Part shown: positions 29,445 through 41,029 of the stretch, in pieces
How positions within the stretch are numbered: position 1 is the first letter of the stretch
How the letters are laid out: each line of letters begins with the position of its first letter
Assembly (NCBI GenBank): GCA_018812525.1
Contig: JAHJDE010000093.1
Location: 27,288-91,287, forward strand
Length of the DNA: 64,000 nucleotides
Direction of reading: 5' to 3'
Origin: Gammaproteobacteria bacterium
Lineage (GTDB): Bacteria > Pseudomonadota > Gammaproteobacteria > Chromatiales > Chromatiaceae
Notes under the pieces: generated by a model
Seen by the model: only the letters and a program-made list of their open reading frames with translations
Database searches by the model: none
Told to the model about the DNA's origin: nothing
Translations under genes and position numbers: made by a program

Positions 29445-30499
29445 TGAAAGACCATTGGATACACAATCCTTGCCCTGCGACTGACAGCGTCGTGAGGGAA
29501 GCGGCGTTACGGCGGCAGGCTCAGTTAACCAAACCGGCCGGCTCCCTGGGCCGGCTGGAGGATCTGGCCGTTAGCCTCGCTGCCATGCAGGGGACGCAGC
29601 AACCTTCCCTTGATCGAGTACGTATTGCCGTCTTTGTCGCCGACCACGGAGTGGCGGCCAGGGGCGTATCTGCCTTTCCCCAGGCAGTGACGGGCGAGAT
29701 GGTCAAAAACTTCGCTGCTGGTGGCGCGGCCATTAGTGTTCTGGCAGGCAGTCTTGGGGCCGAATTGGAGGTGATCAACCTGGGAACGATTAATGACCCT
29801 GGCCCGCTGGCTGGTGTCGTTTACTCGCCGATCGCCCCCTCAACGGTAGACTTTACGCAAGTTGCCGCGATGTCTACCGAGCAGATGGAGCAGGCGCTTC
29901 TAGCGGGGGCGGCTGCAGTGGAGCGGGGCTTGGCCGCAGGGGCGCAACTCCTTATCGGCGGCGACATGGGTATCGGCAACACCACCGCAGCAACTGCCCT
30001 GGGATGCGCCCTTCTAAGGCAGGAGCCAATGGCTTTGGCCGGAGCGGGCACTGGCCTGGACGAGGTGGGAATATCACGCAAGGTTGCGGTCATCGCCGAG
30101 GGGCTTGTGTTGCATCGGCCCTATCTGGCAAATCCGCTTGAGGCATTACGTCGGCTGGGTGGCTTTGAGATTGCCGCCCTGGCCGGCTTTTACATCCGCT
30201 CCGCCCAAGCAGGGTTGCCCGTATTGGTGGACGGCTTCATCGCCACGTCCGCTGCCTTGGCAGCGGTAAGCATTAATCCAGGTTGCCGCGACCGGCTCTT
30301 GTTTGCCCATGCCTCTGCGGAACCGGGTCATAGATTCATGGTAGACGCCCTGGACGCACGGCCGCTGCTGGATTTGGGAATGCGCCTGGGCGAGGGCAGT
30401 GGCGCCGCCATTGCCTTGCCCTTGTTGCGCCTTGCCTGCAAGCTGCACAATGAGATGGCTACCTTCGCCGAGGCTGCCGTGTCGGGGAAGGAGCGATGA
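29444..30499 (+). CDS. cobT: nicotinate-nucleotide--dimethylbenzimidazole phosphoribosyltransferase
   Basis: LTKP.GSLGRLE.LA..LA..Q; [11 protein letters not shown]; [14 protein letters not shown] overlap with cobU. Confidence 0.95.
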   Translation: MKDHWIHNPCPATDSVVREAALRRQAQLTKPAGSLGRLEDLAVSLAAMQGTQQPSLDRVRIAVFVADHGVAARGVSAFPQAVTGEMVKNFAAGGAAISVLAGSLGAELEVINLGTINDPGPLAGVVYSPIAPSTVDFTQVAAMSTEQMEQALLAGAAAVERGLAAGAQLLIGGDMGIGNTTAATALGCALLRQEPMALAGAGTGLDEVGISRKVAVIAEGLVLHRPYLANPLEALRRLGGFEIAALAGFYIRSAQAGLPVLVDGFIATSAALAAVSINPGCRDRLLFAHASAEPGHRFMVDALDARPLLDLGMRLGEGSGAAIALPLLRLACKLHNEMATFAEAAVSGKER

Positions 30500-31089
30500 G
30501 CCTGCTGATCGATCTCCTGCGCCACGGCGAGGTCGCGCGACCCGGGCGCTTTTACGGCACTACCGATGTCGCGCTTAGCGATAGGGGTTCCTGGCAGATG
30601 GAGTCTGCGACTCGTGGCGGCGCCTGGGATGCTGTTTATTGTTCACCGCTGCGCCGCTGCGCTGACTTTGCCCGGCGTCTGGCGGAGAGAAAGGACCTTC
30701 CGCTCATCTTTGATGCGCGTCTGGCCGAGATCGAATTCGGCAAGTGGGAGGGGCGCAATGCCGAGGAGATCATATCGGCGTACCCCGGCGTACTGGAAGG
30801 CTACTGGGCCGATCCCACTTCTCATACCCCGGAGGGCGCTGAATCCATCGGCGACCTGTTTGGGCGGGTGGTGGAGGCCGCCAGTGAAATCGCTGCATCC
30901 TGCCGGGGAAAGCATCTGCTGTTGATTACCCACGGCGGTGTCATCCGCACGCTGCTGGCCTGGACCCTGGACATGCCGCTTTCCGCCGTCCTCCGGATCG
31001 AGGTTGTGGAGGCCGGAATGAGCCGAATCCGCATCCCATCATCCGGGAAGCCCTCCCTGGTCTTTCATGATGGCGGGGCCATGTGTTGA
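30496..31089 (+). CDS. cobC: alpha-ribazole phosphatase (histidine phosphatase family)
   Basis: LLRHGE...G...G.TD..LS..G; ITHGGVIR. Lies between cobT and cobS. Confidence 0.85.
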   Translation: MSLLIDLLRHGEVARPGRFYGTTDVALSDRGSWQMESATRGGAWDAVYCSPLRRCADFARRLAERKDLPLIFDARLAEIEFGKWEGRNAEEIISAYPGVLEGYWADPTSHTPEGAESIGDLFGRVVEAASEIAASCRGKHLLLITHGGVIRTLLAWTLDMPLSAVLRIEVVEAGMSRIRIPSSGKPSLVFHDGGAMC

Positions 31090-31823
31090 GGCCCCTCTGG
31101 TTAGCGTTCGGGCTATTGACGCGCTTGCCCGTTCCTGACATCGGCGAGCCTGGGCCGGGGGAGCAAGGCCGTTCATTGCTCTGGTATCCCTTGGTCGGCC
31201 TCATCATCGGTCTCCTCTTGATGTTCATCGCATTATTGTTCAGGGCGATGGATCATCTGGTTGTCTCTGCCTTGTTGATCACGGTCTGGGTTGCGATTAC
31301 CGGCGCTCTCCACCTGGACGGACTGGCCGACAGTGCCGATGCCTGGCTTGGCAGCCACGGCGACAGGGAGCGGGCACTGAGAATCATGAAAGACCCCGCA
31401 TGCGGTCCAGCCGGGGTTGTCGCCATTTCGCTGATCCTGTTAACGAAATTTGCTGCTGTACAAGCCCTGCTGGGGCTGGGTGAGCTGCTTCCTCTGATTC
31501 TTGCGCCCCTGCTGGCGCGTACCATGCTGCCATTGCTCTTCACCACGACCGACTATGTCCGACAGGACGGGATGGCTGCATCGATGGCGGCAGAACTGCC
31601 GAAACAACCCCTTATATTGGTCCTGATTTTGCCGGTTATCGCAGTCCTAACGCTTGGGAGGGGGCAGGGTCTTGTTGCTCTTCTGGTGGCCCTTGCGGCC
31701 GGATGCTGGGTGCGACGGCTAATGATTCGCCATCTGGGCGGGACCACCGGGGATACGGCTGGGGCCATGGCGGAGATCATTGAGACAGCCGTGCTGCTCG
31801 GGCTTGTTTTCACCCCTGTATGA
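31083..31823 (+). CDS. cobS: adenosylcobinamide-GDP ribazoletransferase (cobalamin synthase)
   Basis: 246 aa polytopic membrane protein. F.LLTRLPVP; TG.LHLDGLADSADA. Confidence 0.9.
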   Translation: MLRPLWLAFGLLTRLPVPDIGEPGPGEQGRSLLWYPLVGLIIGLLLMFIALLFRAMDHLVVSALLITVWVAITGALHLDGLADSADAWLGSHGDRERALRIMKDPACGPAGVVAISLILLTKFAAVQALLGLGELLPLILAPLLARTMLPLLFTTTDYVRQDGMAASMAAELPKQPLILVLILPVIAVLTLGRGQGLVALLVALAAGCWVRRLMIRHLGGTTGDTAGAMAEIIETAVLLGLVFTPV

Positions 31824-31832
31824 CGATTTTTT

Positions 31833-32444
31833 TCAACCTTGCCGGACCTTTTTGGCCGAAGTGACACCAAGCTCAGTCACCACAAAATCCATCGGGATGT
31901 CCCAGGGCCGGGTTTCCAGGGCGTGGACCCGCTGGCATTCATGGGCAATGCCGATCAGGCGTGGCCTGCGCCAGCGACTCCAGGCATGCGATGCGAGGGT
32001 CCTGTCGTAAAACCCACCCCCCATGCCGAGGCGGTTCAAGCTGGCATCGAAGCCGACCAGAGGCATCAGGATGACATCAATGGCCCTCAGCCTTAGGGGA
32101 GGCTGTCTTCTCGTGTCGGGTTCCGGGATGCCGAAACGATTCAGATGGAGGGGTTTATCCGGCGCAAAGGGGGCGAACCAGAGCCGGTTGACCCTGCCAG
32201 GACGCAGCACCGGCAGACAGGGCCTTTTGCCGCTCTTCAAGAGGTGGCGCTGAAACAGGGTCAGATCCACCTCCCCGTCATCACTTTGGTAAAGCGCCAC
32301 CCAGCGGCTTCGTTGGATGATGGGGAGTCGGGCCAGGCTTTCGGCTATACGAATCTCATTGCTAAGACGTGTCCTTGGCGCAAGGGCCCTGCGCGCTTCT
32401 CGCAGGTGTTTTCTTAGAGAGAGTGAGGGAGAAATGGGGGGCAT
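31833..32444 (-). CDS. 5-formyltetrahydrofolate cyclo-ligase
   Basis: LR...R..R..L; D.ILMPLVGFD....RLG.GGG.YDR. Downstream of 6S RNA, as E. coli ygfA is. Start at internal ATG. Confidence 0.85.
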   Translation of the reverse strand: MPPISPSLSLRKHLREARRALAPRTRLSNEIRIAESLARLPIIQRSRWVALYQSDDGEVDLTLFQRHLLKSGKRPCLPVLRPGRVNRLWFAPFAPDKPLHLNRFGIPEPDTRRQPPLRLRAIDVILMPLVGFDASLNRLGMGGGFYDRTLASHAWSRWRRPRLIGIAHECQRVHALETRPWDIPMDFVVTELGVTSAKKVRQG

Positions 32445-32449
32445 ATAGG

Positions 32450-32645
32450 GAAAAAGGCGCCCCGCCAGTGCCGTTATCGACCTCGTTCCTGAACCGAATG
32501 GTTCAAGTGGAAACAACAGCGATGCTTCAGGCTTTCCGTCGTTAGACGAACATGCTCAACGGCGTCGGCGTTTTGCTCCCAAGGCACACTTTAAGGCTCA
32601 AGAAATACCCAGTCGAAACACGATCACGGCAGGAGCGCCTGAGAG
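32450..32645 (-). ncRNA. ssrS: 6S RNA
   Basis: The minus strand reads ...GAGCATGTTCGTCTAACGACGGAAAGCCTGAAGC...CCACTTGAACCATTCGGTTCAGGAAC... This resembles E. coli 6S segments (GAGCAUGCUCGG..CCGAGAAGCCUUAAA; CACCUUGAACCAAGGGUUCAAGG, from memory). Terminal closing helix AGGCGCTCCTGCCG / CGGCACTGGCGGGGCGCCT. Sits between zapA and the 5-FCL gene, exactly as in zapA-ssrS-ygfA. Ends are approximate. Confidence 0.8.
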
Positions 32646-32665
32646 TTACCATACCGCTAATGCTC

Positions 32666-32977
32666 TCAGACTTCCAGTTGAGAATTTTGGTGCAGGGCGA
32701 GTTCGATTTTTTCCTGGAGGCTACGCAGGCGTGACTCGATTACCTTGCGCCTGACGGAGCCTTCGCTGTCCTGCTGGAGATATTCATGGGAGATGTTCAA
32801 CGCAGCCATGACTGCGATCCGTTCACCACCAAGGACTTTGCCCATGCGGCGGATATCACGCATGCGCTCATCCAGGTGGCGAGCCGCGCGCAGTAGATTC
32901 TCCTGCTCGCCTTTTTCGCAGGCTACCCGGTATTCTTTGTCGAGGATTTTGACGGTGAAGAGATCGGCGTCGTTCAC
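32666..32977 (-). CDS. zapA: cell division protein ZapA
   Basis: V.ILDKEYRVAC...E...L..AA..LD..MR.IR......G.ERIAVMAALNI.HE. Confidence 0.9.
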   Translation of the reverse strand: MNDADLFTVKILDKEYRVACEKGEQENLLRAARHLDERMRDIRRMGKVLGGERIAVMAALNISHEYLQQDSEGSVRRKVIESRLRSLQEKIELALHQNSQLEV

Positions 32978-33207
32978 GAACCGGATTCCAACGCCTTAAG
33001 TCGGGTGATCATGGCCTCCACCCGGCCTCTCGCCAGTTCGGTTTTCTCGATCAGAGCCGCCCGCTCGGAAACCAGTTTTTCCTGCTGGGTCCGTAGGGAT
33101 CGATTCTCCTCTCCCAATTTGGAACACTGCTCAATCAATTCCGCCACGCGCGACTCAAGCATGCGCAGATCGAGTTCTGTCACTTCATTGTGGGCTGTCT
33201 TAATCAT
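32974..33207 (-). CDS. TIGR02449-type coiled-coil protein (ZapB-like)
   Basis: Internal ATG gives a 77-aa product with ...LE.RV..LIE.C..L..EN..LR.Q...L..ERA.LIEK..LAR.RVEAMI.RLKALE. Conserved partner upstream of zapA in pseudomonads (from memory). Confidence 0.7.
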   Translation of the reverse strand: MIKTAHNEVTELDLRMLESRVAELIEQCSKLGEENRSLRTQQEKLVSERAALIEKTELARGRVEAMITRLKALESGS

Positions 33208-33296
33208 GTGATGAATATAGAGTTTGCACTTTCCATGGTCAATGATCCGGTGCGCACATGGTAGCATTAAACTTTTCCGAATCTACTGTAAAAGAA

Positions 33297-33833
33297 ATGG
33301 CTACAACCTCAACTACCGATTTCGACCAATTAGGTGAACAACTTTCAGTAGTAGGCGTCGGGCCAGCCGAGGCCCAGGGCCTGCTTTGTGGTCTGCTGTG
33401 CGCTGGCACTGATGATGCCCTCGCCCTCTGGCTGCAGGAGCTTAACCCCGAGCAGACAGGAATGGACGATCCCTGCCGAAACGCCCTGAACCGGCTTTTC
33501 CAGGAGACCCTGGAGGCATTCGAGGGGCCTGGCGTCGGTTTCGAGCTGCTGTTGCCCGATGAGGACCAGCCCCTTAAACAACGCGCCTCTGCCTTGATCG
33601 ATTGGTGCCAGGGGTTTCTCTACGGCCTCGGTCTGACCAAGGCCCCCTTGGATGGCCTCAGCCAGGAGACTCAGGAGGGACTCAAGGATATCACTGAGGT
33701 CACCAAACTCGACCTGGACGCCCTCAGCGATAGCGAGGAGGAGGAGATTGATCTGACCGAGATTACGGAATTCATCTGGGTCGCCGCCATGCTGGTACGT
33801 GAGGAGCTGGTGCATCACCCGAGGGGTGAATAA
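33297..33833 (+). CDS. UPF0149 family protein (YgfB-like)
   Basis: AE..G.LCGLLCAG; I.WCQGFLYGLGL; acidic C-terminal half. Position before pepP matches E. coli ygfB-pepP-ubiH-visC. Confidence 0.8.
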   Translation: MATTSTTDFDQLGEQLSVVGVGPAEAQGLLCGLLCAGTDDALALWLQELNPEQTGMDDPCRNALNRLFQETLEAFEGPGVGFELLLPDEDQPLKQRASALIDWCQGFLYGLGLTKAPLDGLSQETQEGLKDITEVTKLDLDALSDSEEEEIDLTEITEFIWVAAMLVREELVHHPRGE

Positions 33834-33838
33834 GGGCC

Positions 33839-35142
<1,304 letters not shown>

Positions 35143-35146
<4 letters not shown>

Positions 35147-36357
35147 CCCGGCAGGAGTTCGATATCGCCATCGTCGGCGGCGGCATGAATGGCGCCGCGC
35201 TGGCCCTGGCCCTGAGCGGCAGCGGCCTGAGCGTCGCCATGATCGAGACCCTGGCGCTGGACGCCGGATATCGCCCCAGCTACGACGACCGGGGCATCGC
35301 CCTGGCCCATGGCACGGCGCGAATCCTCAAGAATATCGGCGTATGGGATCACCTGAGGCCGAATGCCGAACCGATCCGGCGCATCCATGTCTCCGACCGG
35401 GGCCATTTCGGCTTTACCCACCTGGACGCGGCAGAGGAGGGCGTCGCTGCCCTGGGTTATGTCGCCACCGCGCACGCCATCGGCGCCGCACTGGCCACTG
35501 GGTTAAAGTCGACCGAAGGCCTGCGTCTCTTCTGCCCCGCCACCCTGGAGCGCTTTACCATCGGCGCGGACAGGGTCGAGCTGAGCCTACGCCAGCAGGG
35601 ACAATCCCTCCCGATGGGGGCACGGCTCCTGGTCGCCGCCGATGGCGCCGAATCGCCCATCCGCTCGCAACTGGCCATTCCGGTAAGGGAATGGAATTAT
35701 GGCCATCACGCCCTGATCGCCAACCTCACCCCCGCCCTTCCGCACCGGGGCGTTGCCTACGAGCGTTTCACCGACAGCGGCCCCCTTGCCGCCCTGCCCC
35801 TGCCGGGTAACCGTTGCGCCATCGTCTGGACCGCGCTCGACCAGCAAGTCGACGAGATCATGGGCTTGGACGACGAAGCCTTCTTGGCCCGGTTAGAGCA
35901 GCGCTTCGGTCAGCGTCTTGGCCGGTTTGGCAAGTTGGGCGCGCGGGCGGCCTACCCCCTGAAGATGCGTCAGGTCCGTGAACACTACCGCCCACGGGCA
36001 CTCATCATCGGCAACGCCGCCCATACGGTCCACCCCATCGCCGGCCAGGGATTCAACCTGGGCATCCGCGACGTGGCCCTCCTGGCCGAACTCCTGATCG
36101 ACGCGGCCCGTGCCGGGAGCGATCCTGGCGCCGAGGCCCTCTTGCAGGCCTACGCGGCAGGCCGTGACAGGGACCAGCAGGCCGTCACCCTGGCCACCGA
36201 TCTGCTAGCACGGCTTTTCAGCAATCCCTTGCCGCCCCTGCGGATCGCCCGCGACCTGGGCATGCTCGCCATCGATCTCTTGCCCGGTGCCACGCACCTG
36301 CTGGCACGGAGAGCAATGGGCCTGGGCGGGCGCCTACCGCGGCTGGCGCGAACATGA
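35143..36357 (+). CDS. ubiH: 2-octaprenyl-6-methoxyphenol hydroxylase (UbiH family FAD monooxygenase)
   Basis: FDIAIVGGGMNGAALALAL; GNAAHT.HPIAGQGFNLG.RD. After pepP. Confidence 0.85.
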
Positions 36358-37586
36358 CCCAAGACTCACCTTTGAATTTTGATCTCATCATCGTAGGAGG
36401 CGGCATGGTGGGTGCGGCCCTGGCCTGCGCCCTGGGCAGGGAGGGCTTTCGCATCGCCCTGATAGAGGGCAGGGAACCCCAACGGCAATGGCCCTCCGGC
36501 GAGATCGACCAGCGCGTATCGGCCCTGACGCGCGCCTCGCAAAACATCCTGACCAATCTCGGCGCCTGGCCCCGCATGGCCGGGATGCGCCTCAGCCCTT
36601 ACCAGCGCATGGAGGTCTGGGATGCCGGCAGCAACGGCTGCATCCATTTCGACTGCGCCGAGATCGGTGAACCGAACCTGGGCCATATCGTGGAAAACCG
36701 CGTCACCCAGTTGGCGCTCTGGCAGGAGATGGCTGGTATGGCTGCCATCGAACGCTTCTGTCCCGCACACGCCGAATCGATCGATCTGGCTGCGCGGACC
36801 CTGACCTTGGCCGATGGCCGGATACTCCATGCCGGCCTGATCATCGCCGCCGATGGCCGGGATTCGCACATCCGGCACATGGCCGGGATCGCGGTGCGCG
36901 GCTGGGCCTATGACCAGCACGCCTTGGTCGCCACCCTTACGCCCGCCGGCGATCACCGGCAAACGGCCTGGCAACGCTTCCTGCCCACGGGCCCGCTGGC
37001 CCTCCTTCCCCTCGATGACGGTCGCTGTTCCATCGTCTGGTCCAGCTCGCCAGAGGAATCGGCGCGATTGATGGAATTGGAGGAAAAAGAGTTTCTGCGT
37101 CTCTTGACAAAGGCTAGCGAGGGGCGCCTGGGTGAGATGCTGGCCACGGGGCCAAGGGCCGTCTTTCCGTTGCGGCTGCAACACGCGCTGTCCTATGTGC
37201 GACCAGGCCTGGCTCTGGTGGGTGACGCCGCCCACGCCATTCACCCCCTGGCCGGCCAGGGGGTCAATCTCGGTCTGCTTGATGCCGCCACCCTGGCCCA
37301 GTGCCTGATCAAGGGCCGTAGCGCCGGACGCCAGCCCGGCGTTATCCGGGACCTGCGCCGCTACGAGCGCAGTCGCAAGGGCGATAACATGGCCATGCTG
37401 GCCGCCATGGACGCCTTCAAGCGACTCTTCAGCAACCGCGACAGGCTGCTGGGGCTGATGCGCGGCCTGGGCCTGAACTTGGCCGACCGAGTCCCCTTCC
37501 TCAATCGTTTCTTCATGCGACAGGCGCTCGGGCTGGAGGGTGAGCTTCCACCACTTGCCAAACGCCTCCAGGGCCTGGACCTATGA
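36354..37586 (+). CDS. ubiI: UbiH/UbiF/VisC/COQ6 family ubiquinone biosynthesis hydroxylase
   Basis: FDLIIVGGGMVGAALACAL; GDAAHAIHPLAGQGVNLGL.D. Second paralog after ubiH, in the visC/ubiI position. Confidence 0.8.
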   Translation: MTQDSPLNFDLIIVGGGMVGAALACALGREGFRIALIEGREPQRQWPSGEIDQRVSALTRASQNILTNLGAWPRMAGMRLSPYQRMEVWDAGSNGCIHFDCAEIGEPNLGHIVENRVTQLALWQEMAGMAAIERFCPAHAESIDLAARTLTLADGRILHAGLIIAADGRDSHIRHMAGIAVRGWAYDQHALVATLTPAGDHRQTAWQRFLPTGPLALLPLDDGRCSIVWSSSPEESARLMELEEKEFLRLLTKASEGRLGEMLATGPRAVFPLRLQHALSYVRPGLALVGDAAHAIHPLAGQGVNLGLLDAATLAQCLIKGRSAGRQPGVIRDLRRYERSRKGDNMAMLAAMDAFKRLFSNRDRLLGLMRGLGLNLADRVPFLNRFFMRQALGLEGELPPLAKRLQGLDL

Positions 37587-38390
37587 GCCTTGCTGATCAG
37601 GCGGGCCTTCCACCAAACGCAGCAACCGGCAGGCATTACGGGTTGTGGCCGCGGCGATGCACCGGGGTTCCTCGTCCCGAACCTCCACCAGGGCCGCCAG
37701 GCAAAAGGGGAGATATTCAGGACTGTTACGCTCCCCGCGATGCTGGCGGGGGCTCATGTCGGGGGCATCGGTCTCCAGCACCAATGCATCCAAGGGCAGG
37801 GACTGGGCCAAGGCCCGCAGCTTGCGCGAATGCGCGTAGGTCAGCATGCCGCCGAAACCCAGCAGAAAGCCCTGTTCCCTATATTGCCGAGCCTGCTCCA
37901 GGCTGCCATTGAAGGCATGGGCGATGCCGTTGCGGATACCCATCCGCCGCAGGGTCGCCAACACCTGGTCGTGGGCCTTTCTCACATGGAGGATGACCGG
38001 CAGGCGGGCCTCACGGGCGATGATCAATTGCCGTTCGAAGAGCTGCTGCTGCCGCTCCCGGTCCGGTTCGGGGATGAAGAAGTCGAGGCCGATCTCACCG
38101 ATGGCCGCCGGCCGTTCCCGCTCCACCAGTTCGACGAGGCGATCCAGGTCCCCATCGGCATGCCGGTCCAGATAGATCGGGTGCAGCCCCAGTGCGGGGA
38201 AGAGATCATCCTCGGCCGAGCAGAGGTCCAGCAGTCCCCGCCATCCCGCCGCATCCACGGCGGGGACCAGCATGCCCTGGACCCCGCAACGGCGCGCGCC
38301 AGCCAGGACCTCGAAGCGATCGGCGTCGAACTCCTCCACATCCAGGTGGCAATGGGTATCAAAGATCGGCGGCAGGGGATTGCTGTTCAT
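37581..38390 (-). CDS. TatD family metal-dependent hydrolase
   Basis: IFDTHCHLD...F..D; GEIGLD; HVRKAHD; ETDAPDM. Confidence 0.85.
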   Translation of the reverse strand: MNSNPLPPIFDTHCHLDVEEFDADRFEVLAGARRCGVQGMLVPAVDAAGWRGLLDLCSAEDDLFPALGLHPIYLDRHADGDLDRLVELVERERPAAIGEIGLDFFIPEPDRERQQQLFERQLIIAREARLPVILHVRKAHDQVLATLRRMGIRNGIAHAFNGSLEQARQYREQGFLLGFGGMLTYAHSRKLRALAQSLPLDALVLETDAPDMSPRQHRGERNSPEYLPFCLAALVEVRDEEPRCIAAATTRNACRLLRLVEGPPDQQGS

Positions 38391-39112
38391 TGCCCAGAGA
38401 TTCGAGAGGGGTGGCTGCCAACGGAGGCCACCTCATCCGGGGTCAAGGGACGATAGGCACCGGGGGCCAGGGCCGGATCGAGGCTGATGGCGCCTATGCG
38501 TTCCCGCTCAAGGGAAATCACGCGGTTGCCCACCGCCGCCAGCATCCGCTTCACTTGGTGGTACTTGCCTTCCTGAAGGGTCAGGCGAATCTCCCGCGCG
38601 CCAAGGACCTCCACCTCGGCAGGCAGAGTCGGCCGCCGCTCGCCGCGCAATTCAACCCCCTGCTCCAAGGCCCTCCGCGCCGATTCGGGCAGGGGCTCCG
38701 CCAGCCCCACCCGGTAGACCTTGGCGCATTCCCCGCGCGGGGAGGTGACGCGGTGTGACCAGGCCCCGTCATCGGTCAGGAGGACCAGACCGGTGGTGTC
38801 CTTGTCGAGCCGGCCCGCCGGATGCAACCCGCCACGCTCCCCGCCGGGGATCAGGTCCAGCACGGTCCGGTGCTCCCCATCACGGGTAGCGCAGACCAAG
38901 CCAGCCGGTTTGTTCAGCATGAGGTAGCATAACCGGCGCCTTCCCAATTCGGCGCCCTCGAAGCGTACCGAGGACTCCTCGCCGACCCTCCAGGCGGGAT
39001 CGGTCACTGTCGCTTCATCCACCGACACCCGTCCTGTCCGAATGGCACGTTGCGCCTCGGACCGGGTCAAAGAGGCGTTGTTGGAGATAAAGCGATCAAG
39101 CCGGATGCTCAT
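38387..39112 (-). CDS. rsuA: 16S rRNA pseudouridine synthase, RsuA family
   Basis: Internal ATG gives MSIRLDRFISNNASLTRSEAQRAI..G.V.V (S4 domain). Also GRLDKDTTGLVLLTDDG and QEGKYHQVKRM. Confidence 0.8.
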   Translation of the reverse strand: MSIRLDRFISNNASLTRSEAQRAIRTGRVSVDEATVTDPAWRVGEESSVRFEGAELGRRRLCYLMLNKPAGLVCATRDGEHRTVLDLIPGGERGGLHPAGRLDKDTTGLVLLTDDGAWSHRVTSPRGECAKVYRVGLAEPLPESARRALEQGVELRGERRPTLPAEVEVLGAREIRLTLQEGKYHQVKRMLAAVGNRVISLERERIGAISLDPALAPGAYRPLTPDEVASVGSHPSRISGQ

Positions 39113-39227
39113 GGGGGACCTAACTGGTTTCCCTGGATCAGCGGGTCCCTTTATGATGGCCAATCCGTTAATCCTGTCCAGGGTTATGACAAGGATTCTG
39201 GACGACATGCATGGCCAAGACAAACCC

Positions 39228-39572
39228 ATGAAATTTCACCTGCTCCCCATCGGCACCCATTTTGACTGGAAAGGCGAGGCCTACGCCAAACACAGCCCCA
39301 TTGCCGCCCAGCGCATCAGTGACGGCAAGCAAGTCATTGTGCCGCGCTCGGCGGAGGTCGGCACGTCCGCCGCCTCACAGACCACCGGACCGGAGCCCGC
39401 CGACAGCCGCGGCCTGATTGATGCGGTAATCCGCGACTATTGCCACCGCTGCGACCAAGGCATGCAGCGGATTGCCGATCTCCTTCCACCCGAGGTCCTG
39501 GCCCCCCTTCTCGCGGAGCTTGAACAGGCCAGGACGGCACTGTTCGAGGCCCTGGCAAAAGAGCAGGCCTAA
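39228..39572 (+). CDS. hypothetical protein (about 114 aa)
   Basis: Internal ATG (MKFHLLPIGTHFDWKGEAYAK...) chosen to avoid overlap with the rsuA start region. No family recognised. Confidence 0.45.
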   Translation: MKFHLLPIGTHFDWKGEAYAKHSPIAAQRISDGKQVIVPRSAEVGTSAASQTTGPEPADSRGLIDAVIRDYCHRCDQGMQRIADLLPPEVLAPLLAELEQARTALFEALAKEQA

Positions 39573-39577
39573 TCCCG

Positions 39578-40729
39578 ATGGAGCTGCAACTGACCCTGGT
39601 GCGCCAGAAATACACCCCCTTCGGCGGGGCCGAGCGCTTCGTCAGCCGCGCCCTGGAGGCGCTGGCCGCCAAGGGGGTGGATATCCGCGTCGTCGCCCGG
39701 AGCTGGAGCGGCGAAAGCCGTTTCACCCTGGAACGCTGCGCCCCCTTCCATATCGGCCGCCTCTGGCGCGATGCCAGCTTCGGCCGGGCCGCGTGCCGGC
39801 GGCTTTCGCGGCAGACAAGTGGCTTGGTCCAATCCCACGAGCGCATCCCCTGCTGCGACATCTACCGGGCCGGCGACGGGGTCCACCGCGAATGGCTGCG
39901 GCAACGCGCCCGCCTGCGGGGCGACTGGTCGGACAGGCTGACCCGGCTCAGCCCCTATCACCGCTTCCTTCTCAGGGCCGAGGAGAGGCTCTTTGCCAGC
40001 CCCCGGCTGAAGGCGGTGATCTGCAACTCCCGCATGGTCCGCGCCGAGATCCAGGAGTGGTTCGGGCTGGCGGAGGAGCGGTTGCCGGTCATCCACAACG
40101 GGGTCGATACCGGCCGATACCATCCGAGGCTGAAGGAGGAGTACCGGGTGCCACTGCGCCGGCAATGGGGAATCGCCGAGGACGCCCCCCTCTTCCTCTT
40201 CGTCGGCTCGGGCTTCGAGCGCAAGGGCCTAGACGCGGCCCTGCGGGCCATGACCTGCCTGGATGAACCCCTCAGTCGGTTGCTGGTGGTAGGCAAGGAC
40301 AGCCGGACCCGCCATTACCGAAATTTCAGTATCCGCCTCGGATTGGAAGGGCGCGTCATCTTCGCCGGACCCCAAAAGGACGTTCGCCCTTTCTATGGCG
40401 CCGCCGATGCCTTTCTGCTGCCAACCCTTTACGACCCCTTCCCCAACGTGGTGCTGGAGGCCATGGCCTCGGGCCTGCCGGTGATCACCAGTTACAAAAG
40501 CGGTTCCCGCGACATCATCAACGAAGGCATCAACGGCTATTGTTGCGATGCGCTCAATGTCGATGCCCTGGCGGGTCGCATGACCGCCCTGCTCGATCCC
40601 GGCACCCGTGACCGCCTGGGCCGGGAGGCACGGAAGACCGTGGAACCCCTGACCCTCGACCGCATGGCCGATGAATATCTGGCGCTCTATCACAGGCTGT
40701 TGGGCCTGAACGATCAGACCTCCTTGTAG
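39578..40729 (+). CDS. glycosyltransferase family 4, WaaG (LPS core glucosyltransferase I)-like
   Basis: N-terminal KYTPFGGAERF resembles the WaaG KYFPFGGLQRDF. The C-terminal GT-B motif has PT.YDPFPNVVLEAMASGLPVI. The last 6 codons lie inside the duplicated thiC-end repeat. Confidence 0.8.
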   Translation: MELQLTLVRQKYTPFGGAERFVSRALEALAAKGVDIRVVARSWSGESRFTLERCAPFHIGRLWRDASFGRAACRRLSRQTSGLVQSHERIPCCDIYRAGDGVHREWLRQRARLRGDWSDRLTRLSPYHRFLLRAEERLFASPRLKAVICNSRMVRAEIQEWFGLAEERLPVIHNGVDTGRYHPRLKEEYRVPLRRQWGIAEDAPLFLFVGSGFERKGLDAALRAMTCLDEPLSRLLVVGKDSRTRHYRNFSIRLGLEGRVIFAGPQKDVRPFYGAADAFLLPTLYDPFPNVVLEAMASGLPVITSYKSGSRDIINEGINGYCCDALNVDALAGRMTALLDPGTRDRLGREARKTVEPLTLDRMADEYLALYHRLLGLNDQTSL

Positions 40730-40811
40730 ATCTCGGCCCCCTGGCGCCGGAACTCCTCGGACTTCTGCCGCATGCCCTCTTCCACCGATTTGGCGTAATC
40801 CCTCACGTCCT
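40711..40811 (-). pseudogene. orphan duplicate of the thiC 3' end (last 31 codons plus stop), repeat copy A
   Basis: 99/101 identical to 43789-43889. The minus strand still reads [31 protein letters not shown]-stop. No upstream thiC body. Confidence 0.9.
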
Positions 40812-41029
40812 AAATCCGTATTTCTGGTTGAAGTTTGTCTCGGACGCTGATGTCATGGCGCCGTAACCTCATGATTCTTAGATGAATACCCCGCCACAAG
40901 AGGGGCTGTGGTTACATTTTAGATGGTTCATGGATCGTGAACAAACGTACAATGTAAAGTGCCACATATGAAAGTATTGTATTGTGCGCTTAGTTCCTTC
41001 TTTTCAAATCTCATACAGAGAATAATCGC

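Noticed and set aside
32552-32734. 60-aa plus-strand ORF
   Set aside because: Overlaps the 6S RNA gene and the zapA 3' end on the opposite strand.
36366-38456. 292-aa minus ORF (36366-37244) and 288-aa plus ORF (37590-38456)
   Set aside because: Antisense shadows of ubiI and tatD respectively.
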